DNA of 27,260 nt, taken from a virus (Duplodnaviria; Caudoviricetes). Shown piece by piece: positions 23,873-27,260 of the stretch; the first letter of the stretch is position 1, and each line of letters begins with the position of its first letter. Position numbers and translations under genes: made by a program. The notes under the pieces are model-generated. The model had not been told where the DNA came from and searched no databases. It saw only the letters and a program-made list of their open reading frames with translations. The stretch covers positions 1-27,260 of IMG/VR virus record IMGVR_UViG_3300020045_003128; one strand, 5' to 3'.

Positions 23873-24513
23873 AGGTATTGAATTTATATTCAGGGGTGGG
23901 CGGCAACAGAAAGCTATGGCAAGATGTTGAAGTAACGGCTGTTGAGTTGAATGAAAAGATTGCATCAATTTATTCAGACTTGTATCCGGGGGACAAGGTC
24001 GTTGTCGCTGATGCACACCAGTACCTACTCGACCACTATTCTGAATTCGATTTCATTTGGAGCTCACCGCCATGCCCATCACACTCGCAAGTCAACCACT
24101 TCTTGAACGCCCAGGGAGTAGTGAGATACCCCGATATGTCTTTGTGGCAAGAAATAATTTTCCTTCAAAACTTCTATTCGGGAAAGTTTTGCGTTGAGAA
24201 TGTTGTGAGTTACTATGATCCATTGATACCACCGCAACTAAGCGGGCGTCATTATTTCTGGGCAAACTTCCGAATTCCAAAAGACCAGGAGCATGTGAAG
24301 ATTGGGCGAATGGCAAAACTGAAAAACGGACAGCACGGGGACGGCCGGCACAAACTTGATGGGATAGGAATTGACCTATCAAAATACTCTGGCATCCAGA
24401 AAGAAAAGTTATTGAGGAATTGCGTAAGCCCTGAAATTGGGAACTGCATTTTGAATTGTGCAAGAGGCATAATTGAAAGAAAGAAATCAAAGCAAGAAAC
24501 TCTTTTCCAATGA
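23869..24513 (+). CDS. DNA (cytosine-5) methyltransferase, orphan
   Basis: Motif I LNLYSGVGG, motif IV WSSPPCPSHS, motif VI VENV, C-terminal RNCVSP.IG. Confidence 0.88.
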   Translation: MKVLNLYSGVGGNRKLWQDVEVTAVELNEKIASIYSDLYPGDKVVVADAHQYLLDHYSEFDFIWSSPPCPSHSQVNHFLNAQGVVRYPDMSLWQEIIFLQNFYSGKFCVENVVSYYDPLIPPQLSGRHYFWANFRIPKDQEHVKIGRMAKLKNGQHGDGRHKLDGIGIDLSKYSGIQKEKLLRNCVSPEIGNCILNCARGIIERKKSKQETLFQ

Positions 24514-24785
24514 CAACCGAAATGAACACCGACCATCCATACGAATACTTCACGAGATTGCCTGGAGTTCTTTTCAGGGCGAAAGGATTTACCTCAGAGG
24601 TTGACCAGAACGAACGCGAGGTATGGACGAAAGGAAATTACAGAGTTTGGTATTCACCAATGACGAACAAAATTTCTTTCTTTGACACAGCGAGAAATGT
24701 TGGAGAACTTTTCTACATGAAAAATGAAAAGTGTTTCAACAAGATTTTGGACAAGTTAGGATTACAGACGGAGCAAAATTTTTAA
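24510..24785 (+). CDS. Hypothetical protein
   Basis: ATGA-coupled. Confidence 0.6.
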   Translation: MTTEMNTDHPYEYFTRLPGVLFRAKGFTSEVDQNEREVWTKGNYRVWYSPMTNKISFFDTARNVGELFYMKNEKCFNKILDKLGLQTEQNF

Positions 24786-24796
24786 ACCCAAATACA

Positions 24797-25078
24797 ATGA
24801 ATGAAAATTTAGCAATGCAAGAGCCTGAATTTACAAGGCTGGTGGAATCAATGAGAAGAGCATTAAACTTATTGGCTGAACAAGCAGAGAAGGCACGCTA
24901 CTTAGCCAGTGCTCTTAATCCAATGCCGCCAACAACAAATGAGTCGTTTCCCGAACCAAAACAACCGGAACCGAAAGGCATCATTGAAAATTTATGGTTT
25001 GAGGTCAACAAGCTTGAGAGCATCAATGTTGGACTTCAAATTACAACTGACCATTTGCACAAAGCGATCGGATCGTAA
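24797..25078 (+). CDS. Hypothetical helical protein
   Basis: ATG24797 in A-rich context. Confidence 0.55.
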   Translation: MNENLAMQEPEFTRLVESMRRALNLLAEQAEKARYLASALNPMPPTTNESFPEPKQPEPKGIIENLWFEVNKLESINVGLQITTDHLHKAIGS

Positions 25079-25104
25079 AAAACAAACCCAATAATTTAAA
25101 ACCA

Positions 25105-25794
25105 ATGAAAATGGAGACATTAAAAAAAGTCAAACTCAAAAAAAATGGTGGGCTTGATATTGACTATCAACAACCCGACCCACAGGACAATTCGCAGATC
25201 GCGAATCAGGCACAGTACAACCGAATCCCACATGAGCATTTGGTTGGAGCCATCGAAGGACTGAAACCTTTCCTGGCGAAATCCCACAACCTTTTTTCAT
25301 TTGAAAAGTGGAACAAGGAAATGATGAGCGAAGCGGAATACAAAGCGATGGACGCACTGGAAAAACTTTTCGGTGAAGCAAAGCAAACTATTCTAAACTC
25401 TGTGGATGTTACTGGAATCTTCTTTTCAGGTCAGGACAATCCTGATGCAAATGATGATTCTGTTGATGCGAATTTCGGGGTGATAATAACCGGAACGCAT
25501 AACTGTGGCGGAACGAAAGTCGCTTTCAATTCACCGCGAATAATTCTGAGCCGTGACACTTTCGGGTTTGAAGATGAACTCAAAAGGCAGATCAAGAAAA
25601 TCAAGAAGGAAGTTCATGCGTACTTGTACGATGGCAAGCGCGGAAAACCAAAACCGATTGAGGGCGGACTTGGACTTGATGAAGATGAAATGCTTTCGGG
25701 AACCGGGCTGGAAAAAGAGGTTGACAAAAAGAAAACTGAAAAGCCAAAGGTTGAAAAAGCACCGGCAAAGAAATCATCTTCAAAGAAAAAGTGA
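25105..25794 (+). CDS. Conserved hypothetical phage protein with a Lys-rich tail
   Basis: KKVKLKKNGGLDI, PHEHL, GVIITG, NSPRI, FGFEDEL, EV.AYL..GKR. Confidence 0.75.
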   Translation: MKMETLKKVKLKKNGGLDIDYQQPDPQDNSQIANQAQYNRIPHEHLVGAIEGLKPFLAKSHNLFSFEKWNKEMMSEAEYKAMDALEKLFGEAKQTILNSVDVTGIFFSGQDNPDANDDSVDANFGVIITGTHNCGGTKVAFNSPRIILSRDTFGFEDELKRQIKKIKKEVHAYLYDGKRGKPKPIEGGLGLDEDEMLSGTGLEKEVDKKKTEKPKVEKAPAKKSSSKKK

Positions 25795-25795
25795 A

Positions 25796-26227
25796 ATGGA
25801 CAAAGTCATTTTGAATGAGCGGTTTGAATACGACTATGCGAAAGCTCAGTCAGGAAAAGAGCCGCTCATTCATTCGGCTTTTGAGATTGCATTTCCGTTG
25901 AGATTGGAATTGCAGAAAGAACTATTTCCGCATAGCAATGGGATACCAGCTAATAATAAAAGGTTCTACCGTTGGTTTTGGATGAACTACCCAAAAGAAA
26001 GATTGTGTGAAGAAACAGGAAAGTATCTAGCTGAGTTTTCACCAGCGTTTGTTTCTCACATTTTATCTCGTGGTGCACATCCGGAAATGGCTTACGATGC
26101 ACGGAACATAAATCTTCTTTGCTTTGAAGCCCACAGACAATGGGAAGATTCTTACAGGCGAAAGTCAATGAAGATTTACGAAAGGAATTTAATAACGATG
26201 CAAATCTTGAGAGAGGATTACAGGTAA
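25796..26227 (+). CDS. HNH-type endonuclease (NinG-like position)
   Basis: CEETG, SHILSRGAHPEM.YD.RNINLLC..AHRQWE; ATG25796 preferred. Confidence 0.7.
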   Translation: MDKVILNERFEYDYAKAQSGKEPLIHSAFEIAFPLRLELQKELFPHSNGIPANNKRFYRWFWMNYPKERLCEETGKYLAEFSPAFVSHILSRGAHPEMAYDARNINLLCFEAHRQWEDSYRRKSMKIYERNLITMQILREDYR

Positions 26228-26241
26228 CAAAAAATGAAATC

Positions 26242-26409
26242 ATGAGAATTGAAATCAAAACAGGTGGCAAGCCCATCAAAGACAAAGACATCAAAGCGTT
26301 GTATGTTTTGGATTATGCAATGCAGCTATCAACGGACAGAATGTTGAAAGCAAACCTGGAGTTCGCAATATCCAAATGGAAAAAGAAACTTGACAAGGGT
26401 GCAAAATGA
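26242..26409 (+). CDS. Hypothetical protein
   Basis: ATG26242; coupled to the next gene. Confidence 0.55.
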   Translation: MRIEIKTGGKPIKDKDIKALYVLDYAMQLSTDRMLKANLEFAISKWKKKLDKGAK

Positions 26410-26600
26410 AAACCCAATACGCCAACACAGACCCGTTGATTCGTGCGGTTCAAATGGAAAAAACATTTGAGTTCAACGCAGTACGTTTCGCTGAAATGAG
26501 AATCAGAACATCGAATTGTAAATCTGTAAACGACCGCAAGCCCGCAAGTTTTTGGTCAGCCGTTCACACCCACCTGAAATACAAAACATATTTGAACTGA
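26406..26600 (+). CDS. Hypothetical protein
   Basis: ATGA-coupled. Confidence 0.55.
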   Translation: MKTQYANTDPLIRAVQMEKTFEFNAVRFAEMRIRTSNCKSVNDRKPASFWSAVHTHLKYKTYLN

Positions 26601-26785
26601 TGAAGAAAAAGACTTTCAGAACGAATGCTGAGTTAGCGAAATGGATTGGCGGAACACCGAAACCATTCTATTGTCTGGAAACTATTTTTATGGAAGATAC
26701 TCCTGAGAATAGAATTTCATACGCATGGAGGTTTCGCCACGTTGAAACAAAACAATCACCTATTTACTCAATAATTTTGAACTGA
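26600..26785 (+). CDS. Hypothetical protein
   Basis: TGATG-coupled start at 26600. Confidence 0.5.
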   Translation: MKKKTFRTNAELAKWIGGTPKPFYCLETIFMEDTPENRISYAWRFRHVETKQSPIYSIILN

Positions 26786-26904
26786 TGTACTACAAATCCA
26801 CTGAAGAAATAATCCAACTCGTGGCGCAAATCCACAAGAAACCAACTGAGGTAAAACTTAAAAGAAACAACACCAATGGGGTGAAAGAAGTGGTGAATAC
26901 CTGA
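26785..26904 (+). CDS. Small hypothetical protein (39 aa, not in ORF track)
   Basis: TGATG-coupled; MYYKSTEEIIQLVAQIHKKP... Confidence 0.4.
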   Translation: MYYKSTEEIIQLVAQIHKKPTEVKLKRNNTNGVKEVVNT

Positions 26905-26914
26905 AAAGATTTTT

Positions 26915-27190
26915 ATGAGCGCAGACAGATACAACACCGGAAAAAGAAAATGGTCATTAGTTCACTTCAAAAGTCTTGAGCCGATGGTTGAAGTGTTAGA
27001 ATTCGGAGCAACCAAATACGCACCGGACAACTGGAAGAAAGGCCTCGACAAAAAAGAAATTCTTGAAAGCATGATGCGCCACATGGCCGCGCTGATGGAT
27101 GGCGAGGACAAAGATTCTGAAAGCGGAATTTCACACATGGGTCACATCATGCGCAATGCGATGTTCTACAATTACTTCGACAATGCCTGA
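26915..27190 (+). CDS. DUF5664 / dATP-dGTP diphosphohydrolase-like domain protein
   Basis: RYNTGK..WSL, VLEFGATKYAPDNWKKG, SMMRH, GEDKDSESGISH.GH..NAMF. Confidence 0.8.
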   Translation: MSADRYNTGKRKWSLVHFKSLEPMVEVLEFGATKYAPDNWKKGLDKKEILESMMRHMAALMDGEDKDSESGISHMGHIMRNAMFYNYFDNA

Positions 27191-27260
27191 ACGCTTTCAA
27201 AACTTCATTGCTCAACAGAGATTGTTTGCTTAATTACTTTTGACAAGTGAAAGTCTCCAA

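Larger units (their letters stand above)
1..27260. mobile_element. Tailed phage genome fragment, probable Bacteroidota host
   Basis: TerL, portal, capsid, protease, tail and replication genes throughout; no recognisable host housekeeping gene. Confidence 0.93.

Noticed and set aside
27183-27233. Short ORF MPERFQNFIAQQRLFA, loosely like a host tilS N-terminus (possible att site)
   Set aside because: Only 16 codons with an immediate stop; the resemblance cannot be supported and no integrase is seen.

Overview
The whole window reads as about 27 kb of a tailed dsDNA phage (siphovirus-like Caudoviricetes). The host is probably a Bacteroidota member, inferred from TAnnTTTG-type -7 promoter elements and A-rich start contexts without Shine-Dalgarno motifs. 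1-11.7 kb is a virion module in a non-lambda order: tail proteins, tape-measure-like protein, XkdF-type prohead protease, scaffold, decoration-like protein, major capsid, tail tube, head-tail protein, portal with a C-terminal extension, adaptor and two holin-like proteins. 11.8-12.6 kb holds two moron-like genes. An ECF-like sigma factor and a Cys-rich gene lie on the minus strand, divergent from the large terminase. 14.9-27.2 kb is an early/replication region: many small genes, an HTH regulator, a pentapeptide-repeat protein, a recombination pair, a replication initiator, a DnaC-like loader, a RuvC-like resolvase, a C5 methyltransferase, an HNH nuclease and a DUF5664-like protein. No integrase, endolysin, small terminase, tRNA or CRISPR was recognised. 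The most notable unexplained structures are: (i) a structured RNA leader with a 19-bp stem, an 11-bp pseudoknot-type pairing and a leader ORF that masks the first start codon of the replication operon; (ii) two clusters of AGCTT-core repeats at exact 11-bp periodicity in the initiator gene; (iii) a symmetric 14-bp bidirectional promoter predicted to give leaderless mRNAs for the sigma factor and TerL; (iv) an ECF-type promoter before the capsid operon; (v) an inverted, synonymously diverged copy of a tail-tip gene segment at the left edge. All product calls come from motif recognition by eye, not database searches.
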